Source: Paraphysomonas bandaiensis | Lineage: Eukaryota; Protista; Chrysophyceae | Direction: 5' to 3' | NCBI GenBank assembly: GCA_965644295.1 | Contig: CBFFRP010000297.1 | Coordinates: 992,001 to 1,056,000 of the forward strand | Length of the DNA: 64,000 bases | Shown here: positions 27,582 through 40,679 of the stretch, piece by piece | How the letters are laid out: each line of letters begins with the position of its first letter | Position numbering within the stretch: the first letter of the stretch is position 1 | Notes under the pieces: generated by a model | What the model was told of the DNA's origin: nothing | The model's database searches: none | Seen by the model: the letters and a program-made list of their open reading frames with translations, nothing else | Program-made: the position numbers and the translations under genes

Positions 27582-27888
27582 TATTGAACTACAACCAACT
27601 CCTACGTGCGTACTTGAAGTTTGGTAAAGTCAATCGCTAGTAGTTATCCTGTATTCTATGTAGCAATGAAATACAGAATATACATGACTACAGTATAGGA
27701 GTAGCTATTACAAGTATACAAAGAAACTGAAAATATAGTAGCTGTTAAAGATATGATTTGTAGAACAGAATGTTGATGTTGGTAAATGACGTGGTTCCTA
27801 ACTCACAGGGCTACAACATCATAAACTTACTATATCTCCTATAATATCAATCAGTCAATATTGCACTAACTAAAAGCGTAAATTAATA
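27582..27888 (+). repeat. 3' LTR
   Basis: Direct repeat of 22709-23015. Confidence 0.95.
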
Positions 27889-28198
27889 GATAAACTATTT
27901 CGTTCATGTCAACCACTGATCAACTTCCGTATCTTGAATCGTCATGATATAATACTTCAGTTTCACAGTTATAGCTATATAGCACCTTTGACTATTGACT
28001 ACGTATTACTGTTTTTCACATTGTATTTAACGTATTCTACAGTACTATCTTAGAGAACCATACGTATTCCAACATGTCATACCCAATTTTGCTACAAATA
28101 TGTTCCCTAGCTCTACGTTATATCGAAATCTATATTGTGGTAGATATATACATCGTCGGTATATATATTCATATAGAGTTGTTATAAATCATACTTTA

Positions 28199-31100
28199 TT
28201 ACAGCATTCCACAATCACAACCATTACTAGATATATATCTATTCACAAAGTCTGATAACAATTTTTTGTGAGATGCTGCATCCAACACATCAGTCTCTTC
28301 AGTAAGCTTGGGAATAATTTTCTGCTGAATAATATTCAGGACGGCAATGAAATACTCTTTGCAGACAGTCGTCATTGCTGGTGCAACAGCACGAAGAAAA
28401 ATATCCAATAACTTTGCAGTAGGTTGTGGAGGAGCAGAAGTTAACCTTTATATTCATCGTGGGCACAAAATAGAGTATTAATAATGCCATACCTTAAGCA
28501 GAAATTGACCACTCTGGATAGCCATCTCCACCCATCGTCTAGAGAGAGAGGATAGTCACCTGGCTGTGCCACTACACTAGCATATACCGCCAAGATATTG
28601 CTCATTCGTTTCAGCCAACTGTCAGTGGATTCCCACACCTCCGCACCATCGCCGCTCTAAAAAGTAATTAATGCCAAATTAGTATGAAGGACAGCCTTCT
28701 TACTTTCTTTTTTGTGAACCCCATGCTCATTTTGTACTCATCGCCGGACCCGCCATCTGCCACCAGTTGTGGAATAGTAAAAGGGCAACTCGCATAAAAC
28801 TGCATTAAAAATAGTTCTGATGTATTCGGGAACTGTGTGCATATCCCTGATATAACAACGGCCAATGGCTCCACAGATTTCACAACAAAGCTGGTGGTCT
28901 GGCAGTAAACGATGCAATTCTTGGCTATCGTGTAGAGAGTGTACCTCAGCATTGCATCATCATCAAGATCTTTAGCTCTAATTATCTTGCCGCATAAGCT
29001 GCATGGTTATATCAGTGCGAGCATATTTGCAACTACTTCATACACATACTTATCCACTGCTTTTTCTTGACTGCTCTTCTCAGTCCCTAGTTGGTTGAGG
29101 GCTTTTCTATCTTTAATTCCAATTTGCCTACTAAGAGTGTACATTCTCTCGGACTTGTCATTGCTTAACCTCTCCGCCTCGGCCTTGAGAGCTGCTAAGG
29201 ATCTACGCATATGTAAACACCGAGAAACCCAAAATATACTTAGCTATACCTGATGACAACTTTTGCATGAATACAGTGGGAATCCTGCCCCTTGAACAAT
29301 GCACAAGGAATTTGATGTGTTCGAACAATATTAGTCAACATATTGCGTAAGTCGGTGGCCTCAAGGTGCGTAGGATCACTCACCGCCTCTAGCACAGTGC
29401 AAGGGAGAGCTTCTACAATGGTGCTCAGCATCTCCACGAACTGCCTTCCAAAAGTCACTACGAGGGTTTCCCCTGCTATGCGTAAGAAAGCTCGCAGACA
29501 TCCACACACTTCTCGCAAATATCTCTTATCTGTCGCACTAGATGGGGAATCACTAGACCCCAAACGGGAAGCAAATTTCGAAACCAATAACCCACAGCGC
29601 AATACCCATGTCCACCCCGCCTTAAGATCCACATACTTCGGTGTTCCGGTGCTACTCATTTGGCAGGCCAAAAGCATGACCACACGTTTCCTTTCTTGTG
29701 GACTCTTAGCGCGTGGTATGTTATTCTTAATCGGGGTGTGCACCGGGAATGGAATGGACCACATGCAACTATTGCACACCAATGCATGAAATGTACGACC
29801 TGCAACAGTTCCCGCCATTCGGCACACAGCACAAGCAATGTGGCCCAACATAAGCACCGTCTCCTCATGGTCCGAACGCATTACCTCGCCGACAACGGCA
29901 CTGAGTATGCCCCGAATAACATTTTGCTGATGACCTGACACGACAGCACTAAGAGTTTTCTCCATGAAGCAAATATCATCCACCAAACGTGCGCTCGTTC
30001 TTTCTTCGGGGCAAAGAGTAGCTAACGAGCGAATTCTCTCCTGGCACTCTTGAACTGTCTCCAATATAGTCTCATCTTCCTTCTCTTCCTCCGGAGCACA
30101 GGTAGAGTATAACCATTCTATATGTTCTATTGCCTCGCGCACATACGCTGGAACAGGTTCTTCAAGAAACTCAAAATCATTAGAGTCGATATTACGGCCT
30201 CCTGACACCTTCGTGGCTTTCGCTTTCGAGAGATCTGCACAAACCTTTTCTGCTTCGGTGACAGCTTGGTCCAACTGCTTTACCCGCTCTTCACCACCAT
30301 TCCTCAGTCGGCCTAATAAAGAATCATCTTTAACCATTTTGCTGAACGCACACACTTCTGCAAGGCGGTCGTTGAGTTGTAAATCATCCTGCGCCAATAT
30401 AATGCGCAACTCCGCGTTTCTCTCTTCTGTGGAAATTAATAGCCGCTCACACTTCTTTAAAAGCATTTCTGTATGCTCCACTACCGTTCGTTCGTTCTCA
30501 GAGAGGGGGCGTCGTTTGTGGTCCTCGAGTACTGTGTTAAGAGTTTCCTTTAGTTTTGGCAAAGAAATAGGAGAGGTGGAATTGTTTGACACCATGTCGA
30601 CCAAGAAACGCAGCGATGCCTCGCGGAGCTTATCGCTCTTTCTATGTGCTGCTTCCACCTCTCCTAACTTCCGCAACCGAGCGCGCTGTGAAATTTCTTC
30701 CTGACGCATTCTATCTATACAATCTTCCTCAAACTTTCCCATACTTTCATCAAAATCAGCTGCCTAATATATACAGTCAAGGGATTCCCGATATATAAAC
30801 AGACAACGCAGTACCTTCTTGGCGACACTTGAGAGGAAGGCTTTATATTTCGTAAATTCCGGCCAAGAAGACGTCGTATCCACGCGAGGGGAAGCAAATA
30901 CAGCGGGGGGAGGAGTCAACGGTGAGCGGGCGCCTATACCTCCGCTAGGTGAAGAAAGTTTCAATGGAGTCCTGCGATATAACACAGTAAGTAAGACAGA
31001 TCGCACGACAGTTTGGGTTCTTGCCGTTGAGGAGACCCGAGAATAGTCGGGTGGGAGTCAAAACCATCAGCAGTGTCCGAACTACTATATTCACGCATAC

Positions 31101-31566
31101 TTGCGTTATGGAGAGTTTCATTTTCCATAACAACCCCGTGGACCATCATGCTGCTTATGGCAGGAGGGATATAACGCGACACAGAGGATGTAGCTGTATA
31201 AGCACCAGACACAGTTGTAGCTGAACTAGAGCTAGACGGGGAACATGCAAATTCATTTATTGCATGATTTGTTTCTGGTTGACTTTCTTTTAATCCTGTC
31301 TTTCGAGGGGACTCAACAGTATCACTAACAGTATCATGCCACTGCACGGTCTCATCCTCATCATCCCCACTATCAGATGTACAATATCCATAACATCCAG
31401 GTGATGATAAACGTGATTTCAAATGAATTGATGACTCATTATATCTTTCATTATCTTGTTTACAGTCATTAGATACATAATAAGATTTATGTGGAGTGTA
31501 TTGTCGTCTAAAGCTACTGGGAATACTCACACCTAAAAGACGTGTTGATAGTATGTTATGATCCAT
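28199..31566 (-). CDS. GLE1: GLE1-like mRNA export factor, multi-exon, apparently with two GLE1 domains
   Basis: C-terminal CPFTIP, WLKRMSNILAVYA, GWRWLSRVVN, TAKLLDIFLRAVA. Low-complexity N-terminus and a coiled coil, as in Gle1. Confidence 0.72.
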
Positions 31567-32068
31567 CTATATCTTCTTATTTACAGTGAAGAGAGTAGAG
31601 AATATCTTGATGAAATGGAAATGGAGATGATGGAGTGTGTGATGAGGTTAATGAGCTTACTAATATATGACTCATGTGGTTATATATGTATGTATGTATA
31701 CTAGAGAGAGAGAGAGAGAGATGTAAAAAAAAATTTATGTTGTAAAAAATATTTTTTTACATTTGTGTTTATATATGAATATATGGACAAAATATGTAAA
31801 AATAAGTTTGGAAAAAATATTTTGAAAGACATTTTGCATATTGCAGTACTAAAATGTGTGATAGATAAATAAGGATAAAAACATGCTATTTTTTAGGTTG
31901 TTTAGTAAGAAAATGCAGGGTTTATAGGATGGGAAATGAAGTAGGTTGTCTGCCAACACAATACAATAAAAATCCAGATTTAAAAATATAAAATGTATAG
32001 TTTTTCAATAGTTTTTTGATAATATCAAGAGTTTTTACAGCTAAAAAAATAGATGTTCGTTACATTGA

Positions 32069-32178
32069 ATTTATTTCATTGAAAAGTCATCGCTTTTTCA
32101 TTAAAAAGTCACTTTTTTTTCACTTTTCACTAAAAAAACGATGATTTTTCATGAACAAATCAATAAAATCGATATGCA
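32069..32178. repeat. Palindromic unit plus flank, copy 2
   Basis: Matches 19791-19907 with the palindromic core in the opposite orientation. Confidence 0.72.
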
Positions 32179-32432
32179 CTACCACCCCCTGTACATAACA
32201 TACGTATATATGTATATATAGATAAGCAAGCTGTCCACTCTTACCTTAACAGAACATACTCATATATATATACACAGTACTCATCCTCATCTTTACAATC
32301 AACTTCGAATCAATCTCTTTATTACTATAAATCCCTCTAAGTAATTCATACTGATCTCTTAATACACACACACACTCAATACACACACTCTCATACACAT
32401 ACACATACATATACATACATACATATCTAATC

Positions 32433-35199
32433 ATGGAATCACAATTAGGAAAATTTGATCGTGATCGTGAATTAAATCAAATATTTGATCATAATGATAA
32501 TCCAAAAATGAAAGCAGTTGATAGAGAATTAAGAAGAAAACAAAAATGGTTATCAGAATTAATTAAATTTAAACGTATGGATTTTGAAGGGAATGTACCG
32601 AAAGGATGTGAATGGAAAGTTATGAGAAGAAAAGTTAATAAAAGATTTATACAAGATTTAGTTAATAGATGTCCTATACCATGTACAATTGATTATGTAT
32701 ATGATAATCATGGTGTTGCTCATTGGTTTGATGATTTATTAATGACTGCTCAACCAGAACCTGCATTTTATGTGATTACACCACAAGTTATTAGAGGCTC
32801 TGAAGATATATTGTTGGATCCAACCTATCAGGGACAGACATCTTTTATAATGAAGTATGTTCCTCTTGTGGCCAAAGACGGGGTTACTCCTGTTACAGCA
32901 GATGTACTACGGGAATATCTATTTTTGGCAATATCTGAGGAAGACCCAGTTACCTTAAAAATCCAAAAAAGTATGGAAGATATACAGAAAGAAATAGCAG
33001 ACATCACTAAAGTTATCAAGCGCATTCCGAAGCAAGAGATTCGGGATCATGATAACAAGTTGGTGTCACAAGAGGAGGCCGATGAGGAACGTGAGATCAT
33101 GTACAAAATGTACGGTCAAGCAAAGTATGAAATTGAGTTGCGGTACAAGAAGCGCGAACAGGATTTAAGGGATCATGAAAATTGGCGTAGGAGGATGGGA
33201 CTTGATGTGGTTCAGAGTGAGGTAGACGCAAACACAGAAACGGCTGTGTGGGAGGTGCGTTTGTTTGGTACAGAAGACGCCAGTGCAATGGAGGACATGT
33301 TAATTGCCAAGGACGACTGGCAGGGTATAAAACTGGCATGCGGAAGTGATGATCCACCACTTCCACCTTGGGCAGGTATTCTACTAAGTGTATAGTGTCA
33401 ACTCTTGAACAGTTAGTTATATTCATCATGGACAATTCTCTACACGATTTTTGTATATATGAATTGGTCGATGTTGATAGTTACCGCTGTATTCTCACGA
33501 TTGTATACAGGTCGAGGTGCTGTACCTGATGGTTCTAAGCCCTTCCTTCCCGATTACACGGAGCTACTGGTAAATATATCTGGCGTGCGTATATTGCGCG
33601 TCCCACATGGCGTTGGCACCCACAAGAAGTTGGACAGCCAAACGGCCAGTATACGTGCGGATCGTTTCGGAGTGTACTACGGAGACTGGAGTTTGGGCAA
33701 AAAGACAGGTCATGGGATAGAAATTAACGATTCAGGCGTTTACTGTGGACGATTTGTGGAAGACAGACGGGATGGCTATGCTCAATGGGATTTGGCTAAC
33801 GGCACAACAGTTAAAGCACAAATGAAGGTCGAACAGGCGCTCCCAGCCCCCATCGTTACAGCAGGATTTGAAAACCCCTACTATGATGGACTTCCAACTG
33901 GAGACAACGTGGAAATACTTTTTGCGGGTAAGTACTTACTAAGGTCCATGGATGTCACGCTGCTATGTGCATTTTTTACATCTGGTGCTTGATACTACTG
34001 TGTTAGATGGGGGTATATATCGCGGACAGATGAAGAATGGTCTTATCACTGGAATTGGAGTTTATGAAAGTGCCTTTGGCGAAACCTTTGCTGGCGAGTT
34101 TAAAGACGGGATTATGGAGTGTGAGATTGGAAAAGTTACTACTCATGCGGGGGAGACGTATATTGGACGGTGGAGTAATGGTGAACTCAATGGAAAAGGG
34201 GCTTACGAAGACGAGAAAGGGAATCGTTACAAGGGGTATTGGCGGGACTCTCTAAAACACGGTCGCGGATATGAAACTACCAAAGGGAAAGGGTTGTACA
34301 AAGGTTATTTCTTGGCAGGCTTGAAGCATGGAAAAGGTGAACTAGACTTTGTGAAGCGTAAGAAAGTGAGAAATCCTGTTCAAGATGTGGATCAAGAGGC
34401 AAGTGATACAGCTAAATCAGAAGGTGAAAAGAAAATAAGCGAGAAAAAAGATCCCCGTGGTGCTATTAGTAATCACAAGACAGAGCACGCGGCTGATCAG
34501 GCTGCATCACAATTTAAATATCGCTATCAAGGGTATTTCTTCGGAGATTTTATTGCTAATGGTGGAATTATCATGGACACCATGATACAGACACCATATT
34601 GCGTTTCGAAACGTGACACCACACGAACGGATAAACTGAAGGCTTATAAAGATTCTCTTGACAAGTCTGCCAAGCGAAAGACCCGTATGAATGAGAAATC
34701 AAACGACATGGAAAAGCATATACGGCTCGAAATGTTAAAAAAGAAGAATAGAATATTTCGTCAACAGAGACACTATCTCAAGAAGACAATGTATTTTGAG
34801 GATCAGTATGGACTGGACCCTCAATTACTCGAGGCGCGACAGCGGGTGCGCGAAAATCGTTTGAAAAAAGTGAGTGAGGATTACCTCAAATCCACTCGAG
34901 CTCGCATTCCACGCTTACAGGTGAAGGATGTTGGAAGTATACCCACGAATCACCTTCAGAGAGCTTTTAACAATATTGTACCCGTTGATGCGGACGACGA
35001 ACAGGTTCACGCCGAAACTGATGCAAAGTACAAGTACGATGCTGGTTACGTTGACGACATGCTTGCGAAAATCGTTGTATCTGACTTTGAGGAAACTAAA
35101 GAAAGACAGAATATGATGAAGTATGATCGTATTTGGGAGCGGGCTGAAGCGGCATATGTAGAGAGGAAGAAGAAAAGTAATGCTGCTCGTGGTTTGTAA
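32433..35199 (+). CDS. MORN-repeat protein, multi-exon
   Basis: Multiple YxGxWxxGxxxGxG repeats (YYGDWSLGKKTGHG, YIGRWSNGELNGKG, YKGYWRDSLKHGRG). Confidence 0.85.
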
Positions 35200-36125
35200 A
35201 TATATCTAGTAGAATGTTAACTTGTTGTATCGATATTTTGATGTAGTGCTAAAGTATGGTGAAATACTTTCTATTCATTGAAGATGTTAACTTCTGTATT
35301 TTCTATTTTCAAATGTGGGCTTTTATTATTTTTCCTACCTATTTTTAGTAGATAGCCTATGGAACCTAACAAATTAGTACACTGCCTACCTATCAATGAA
35401 ATGGCACATCATACATCACCTACCTATGTATAAATTAATCATGCCCACCACTCCACACTTAATCAGCACTCATCAAGGCTACATCAAAACTAAAAGTATC
35501 ATCACAGCAGCACAGTTGTACACAGCCAGTAGATATGAACAAGAACAACCATATGCAATAGGCTACCATACAAGCAGGATGATAGCTGGATATATACTTA
35601 CTAGTACTCCTTCTCATTGAAATGTGCCCAAGTGAGGAACTGTGAGCAGCGTTTGCACATGAAATATTATCGCCGGGATTCTGGAAGGACAACTCCGTCT
35701 ATATTCACAATGAGGCTATAGTTGTTTTCGTCATGTCGCCACGCATCACAACACAAAAAACTAAACTGTTAATTTCAACTCAAATGAAATGTGTCACTTC
35801 ATTTAGCTACTTTGGACAACATTTTCGTCTCGATTCTATATTCTATACTGCTCTAAAGAGCGCGCATAAAAAGCAATACGACAAGAAAACAACGGCGACA
35901 TTGATATTAAAAATGGCTTAATTTCTACTTTAGAAAAATACAGCCATTATAAATAAGCAAAGATGCAAACAAACTAATAATGTATCCAAATAAAACTTAG
36001 CTAAGCTACTGCAGACTAAACTATAATCTTGAAACATCACCTATTTCACATCGTATCGTACGTGATATGCAGCACGATCTACTCAACCGTTTTAAAAAAT
36101 CTAGGTATAGCTTTCAGCGTGTATA

Positions 36126-36938
36126 TCATTTTGTTGCCCATGCTGTAAAACTATCGGTTTTGAGTTCCGAGGTGTTCCATCTGGAGGATGAACCTTTTGG
36201 TGTCGGAAATCCATCTCCGAACAACCAAGTCGTGCCTTTCTCCTCGCAAGTTTCCGGCAGGACTTTCATAAACCTCCTAAGTTTGTTTCTTTGATGAATG
36301 TGTATGTCTGTCGATGCTTCAATAATATTCTCACTGCATACCATGCCTCTATATTTGCCCGGGATAGAACGAATTAATTTAATCGCTTCCTTCTTGCACG
36401 TAAATATCCGTAGCCGTAGTAGGCTTTTCAACAGAGTTTTAACATGGACTCCATAGTCATCTTCACGTCTCATTAAAAGTTGAAAACTCTTTCTAAAGGC
36501 TTCGTAATCTTCCTCCTTGAACGAGGTATTGTATACTACTCCACGTGCTTTTGATGCTGTTATTAAATCTTCTCGTAAACTCTTTGTTTGATATGATTTA
36601 CAATCTCTTAATCCTCCTCCACGTGGTCTCCAATAACGTCCTTGTTGCATATACATTTTATTATAAAATGTTAACGAGGATGGTTCCACAAGATCTCCTT
36701 TTGCCCCTCTACGTGTCCGTCCAATAATCGGTTTCATTACTGTAGCTATTGTTCTCATAGATGAGAGACGTGTACGTTTATTACTATCATCTAATTGTGT
36801 GGTTATATGATGAGGTGATATGGGCTGTATAGTCTCTGATTTCTTACTATGAATAGTCTTATGAGGGGTGTGGGAGGAGGGGGGGGTAGGGTGTATAGAG
36901 GGGGAATCACCACTAGGATGAATTCGTTTTGTATTCAT
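36126..36938 (-). CDS. Hypothetical basic protein
   Basis: 270-codon ORF, head-to-head with CCDC40, with the AT-rich 5' end typical of genes here. No family recognised. Confidence 0.6.
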   Translation of the reverse strand: MNTKRIHPSGDSPSIHPTPPSSHTPHKTIHSKKSETIQPISPHHITTQLDDSNKRTRLSSMRTIATVMKPIIGRTRRGAKGDLVEPSSLTFYNKMYMQQGRYWRPRGGGLRDCKSYQTKSLREDLITASKARGVVYNTSFKEEDYEAFRKSFQLLMRREDDYGVHVKTLLKSLLRLRIFTCKKEAIKLIRSIPGKYRGMVCSENIIEASTDIHIHQRNKLRRFMKVLPETCEEKGTTWLFGDGFPTPKGSSSRWNTSELKTDSFTAWATK

Positions 36939-37073
36939 TAATATATGAGTTTATGAGGTTATCTCATAGTGAGTGTAGTTAACATGATGACACATGCGTT
37001 AATATACATACACATGAACACACATACATATACATATACATGCGGTTACATCTTCCAGACCACACCGACACTC

Positions 37074-37214
37074 ATACATACATACATACATACATACATA
37101 CATACATACATACATACATACATACATACATACATACATACATACATACATACATACATACATACATACATACATACATACATACATACATACATACATA
37201 CATACATACATACA

Positions 37215-37248
<34 letters not shown>

Positions 37249-37530
37249 CATACATACATACATACATACATACATACATACATACATACATACATACATA
37301 CATACATACATACATACATACATACATACATACATACATACATACATACATACATACATACATACATACATACATACATACATACATACATACATACATA
37401 CATACATACATACATACATACATACATACATACATACATACATACATACATACATACATACATACATACATACATACGTACACACATACCTACCTACCTA
37501 CCTACCTACCTACATACATACATACATATA
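37074..37530. repeat. ~400 bp (TACA)n microsatellite followed by (TACC)n
   Basis: About 100 near-perfect units. Confidence 0.98.
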
Positions 37531-37946
37531 CGGTACATACAAACATGTAGACCTTGGAGTTTTGAGTATAAAAACGTGGTTTTAATATCCAAAAACTGAT
37601 ATTTACGTAAAATTGCTTAGTTTTTCACCAAAGCTGTTTTTTATCAAATAAACCTGGGCTTTATCAAATAAAAACCGGTTTTATGTCGTTTACATACTGC
37701 TGTATGTGTACAGTCAGCTTGAAACTGCCCGTATATATGTTGCTATATACAGTATGTATGTATGTATTCATGCAGGTGTTAGAATTTAAATTCCTGTGAG
37801 TCTATTCATGTGTGTATATATACATATAGATAGACAGACAGACAGACAGACAGTGTCTGTGTAGAGGTTGGTTGTTAGTACTATCATCTCATCTCTTCTC
37901 TCCTATCATAACATACATCACTCATTACTAAACAATATCAATCATC

Positions 37947-40679
37947 ATGACAGAAGATACTCATACCAATCAACATCCTCTTGATACCCCTGAAGATGCT
38001 TATGATACAGAGGAATCAGAGGATGAATTCATTGAAGATCCTGTTGATATTATAAAAGATTTTAGTGCCCATCCATTAATGGAAAGAGCACAAAAAGCAT
38101 TAATATCTCAATTAAAAGAATCATATGAACGTGTTTCAAGTGATTTATATGATAAAGAAGAAGAAATCAAGAGATTAACGTTACATAGAGAGACTATTGG
38201 TGTTGATTTGTATAATTTACAACAACAATTAGCTAAATTACAAGTATCATTAGAAAATAATCATAATGAATATAATAGTATTATAGATGCTAAATTACAA
38301 GAAGAAGAACTTTTACAATCTATTATTGGAAATAATAAAGAACAACAGGCAAGGTATGAAGAACATCGTAAACAACAGACGAAATATACCTCTGAACTAG
38401 AGGCGTTGAATGAAACACTGCGACAGATTGAAGCGTATAATGAAGAAGTAAAATCTGAAATTGCGATGACACGGAGGGCAACATACAAGGCCGAACAGAG
38501 CATGCAGAGTTTAGAGAAGCACAAAACTATGCAAGATGTGTATGTCGATAAACTGTCAAAGCAGGTGAAAACTCTGCAAGAACAGATTGCTCTACATGCG
38601 GGTCAGATAGAAGCTCAAAGAAGCGAAACTACGGAGGCAAATGGTGTATTTCAAGACACTGTACGTGAGCTTGAGTTAATTGCACATGAGAAAAAGCAAC
38701 TTATGACACAGTGGAAGGCTGCACTGGCCGGCCTGAGTCGGCGTGATGAGGCTCTCGCTCAAGCATCACAGACTCTTGCAACGGCTGAACGGGCAGTCCA
38801 CGACTACGACGTTGAACTCGAAACAATGAGACGAAATATTCAGAATGAGCAGGGTAAACATGAGTCGCTGGTACATGTGAAGGATAGGCTGGAAAGCGAA
38901 TTGCAGTGGGTGGAGGAGAATCTGGTGAAAATCAGAGCGGAGCGTGAACAGCTACAAGAACGGTTTGGACTTTTAACTAAGTCACTTGCTCAAACTGATG
39001 GCGAGGCAAAGAAACTCAACGCAATCGCTAAAACTCTCTCAACTGACTCGGAGTCGCTGTTGCAAAATCTTCAGGTAGTTACAAGAGAGAGACAGCGCAT
39101 GGAGGAGGAAATGCAAGCCGCAAAAAGCACGCATTCCAATGTGAACAAGGCAGTCGATAACTTATTACGAAAGCAGGCCAAGATTATGAAAAGCATTCAC
39201 GACTTGGAGAATGAGGGTATTGATGTGAATAATGATATTGCGAGAACCAAGGTGGATAGTCTGAATGCTGGGATGCTCAACGATCAACTCAAAGACCAGC
39301 TATGTACTCATTCGAAGGAGTTCAGTGAGAAAGAGGCGCTGATTGATAAATATCAGGTGGAGATCCGCCAACGACACGATGAAGTCGAAAAAAAGATGTA
39401 CCGAGTTGACCGACTAAATAAGAAATACGACAAGATGGTTGAAGCTAGTGGTGGTGAAGAGAACCTCGGTCCTCTAGAGAATACAGTCAAAAATCTGGAG
39501 AAGGAGGTAGAAACTGTATCAAACGAATGCAAAGAGTTTGAGCGTGATTGGCTCAAGAGGCAAACGGAAATGGTTGCTATCACTGCACAATCGGAAGAGA
39601 TATCTGAGGCGAACCATGAGCTGCAGGCACGAGTAACTATACTGACTCAACAACAGTTAAGACTTACGAAAGACCTGCGTGTCCTAGCGAGTGAGGTGAA
39701 AGCTGCCAGCCACAGTAATACTGATCTCCAGAAAGATGTAGCCAAGCTTAATGTACTCATTAGCCAGAATCAGGATCAGGAAGGGGCCCTTCAAAATGAG
39801 AACTACGTGCTAGAGATGGAGTGTGTAGAGGAGCTTAAGGAGATGGAGAAAGAGAGTGTTGCCCTACAAGCAACTGTGAATGAGACGAAGAGTGCTAAAG
39901 CTGCCTTACTTGATGAAATCATGGATACGGAGAGACAAGCATTATTGTGGGAAAAGAAAATTCAGCTCGACAAAGAGACAAGAGCAGCTCTGGACCCAAC
40001 TGTGGGACAAGCGGAAACGCAAAATATGGAGCGTGAGATACACCGAATGGAACTACGCTTGGACGCATTAAAGAGGGAGCAGGAGCGTTTGTCTATTGAA
40101 CTGGAGAGAGCAATAAATAAACGTTCAGCGATTGCTACACGATTCAAGGGAAGCAAAAGTACTGACACTGACAAACCCGTCGCTGTAGCGAAAAAGCAGG
40201 CAACTAAGGAGCTCACTCAGGCTGGGATGAAGAAGCGCATATCAGCCCTAAAGAAAGAGGCTCGCGCGCTGTCTAATGAAACTTCGCAGTATACAGGAGC
40301 TATCGAGGAGAAGAAGGCTCAGTTTTCTGAAATGACATCTGAACTGGAACGAGTCACGACACAACATAGCGATATGGAAGAAGAGAACCGACAACGACAA
40401 AATGAAATCAACGACCTCCTTTATCAAAAGCAACTTAATCAGGAGAGAATATCTTACCGCCAAAAGTTTGTTAAGCGTTTGCGCGAATACTCAGCGCAAG
40501 GCATTGATATTTCTCTGACTCTTCAAACACAACGCCGCTTATTAGCCGCTTCGCAAGCTCTCGATAACGTCAAAGAAATTATAACAGATCTTACGAAATG
40601 TAGTCCGCATTTAACTGATGTATTGGATCGAGTAATGGCAATGACTGATCCTGGTATTGACATAGGAGGAGAAAGTTAA
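37947..40679 (+). CDS. CCDC40: Coiled-coil domain-containing protein 40 (FAP172, axonemal 96-nm ruler), single exon
   Basis: HPLMERAQKAL, RETIGVDLYNLQQQLAKLQ, QDVYVDKL, ENLGPLE, LWEKKIQL..VGQAE..MEREIHRM; 910 aa coiled coil. Confidence 0.88.
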   Translation: MTEDTHTNQHPLDTPEDAYDTEESEDEFIEDPVDIIKDFSAHPLMERAQKALISQLKESYERVSSDLYDKEEEIKRLTLHRETIGVDLYNLQQQLAKLQVSLENNHNEYNSIIDAKLQEEELLQSIIGNNKEQQARYEEHRKQQTKYTSELEALNETLRQIEAYNEEVKSEIAMTRRATYKAEQSMQSLEKHKTMQDVYVDKLSKQVKTLQEQIALHAGQIEAQRSETTEANGVFQDTVRELELIAHEKKQLMTQWKAALAGLSRRDEALAQASQTLATAERAVHDYDVELETMRRNIQNEQGKHESLVHVKDRLESELQWVEENLVKIRAEREQLQERFGLLTKSLAQTDGEAKKLNAIAKTLSTDSESLLQNLQVVTRERQRMEEEMQAAKSTHSNVNKAVDNLLRKQAKIMKSIHDLENEGIDVNNDIARTKVDSLNAGMLNDQLKDQLCTHSKEFSEKEALIDKYQVEIRQRHDEVEKKMYRVDRLNKKYDKMVEASGGEENLGPLENTVKNLEKEVETVSNECKEFERDWLKRQTEMVAITAQSEEISEANHELQARVTILTQQQLRLTKDLRVLASEVKAASHSNTDLQKDVAKLNVLISQNQDQEGALQNENYVLEMECVEELKEMEKESVALQATVNETKSAKAALLDEIMDTERQALLWEKKIQLDKETRAALDPTVGQAETQNMEREIHRMELRLDALKREQERLSIELERAINKRSAIATRFKGSKSTDTDKPVAVAKKQATKELTQAGMKKRISALKKEARALSNETSQYTGAIEEKKAQFSEMTSELERVTTQHSDMEEENRQRQNEINDLLYQKQLNQERISYRQKFVKRLREYSAQGIDISLTLQTQRRLLAASQALDNVKEIITDLTKCSPHLTDVLDRVMAMTDPGIDIGGES

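Larger units (their letters stand above)
22709..27888 (+). mobile_element. Full-length Ty1/copia LTR retrotransposon, recent insertion
   Basis: Two 307 bp LTRs with no differences seen, 5 bp TSD GATAA (22704-22708 and 27889-27893), domain order gag-PR-INT-RT-RNaseH. Confidence 0.97.

Noticed and set aside
28380-28500. Apparent frameshifts in GLE1 and other host genes in the ORF track
   Set aside because: Explained by short GT-AG introns, not pseudogenisation.
36969-37585. Long ORFs of YIHT/YVCM repeats (also at 3372-3972 and 53737-54212)
   Set aside because: These are translations of (TACA)n microsatellites, which have no stop codons in any frame.
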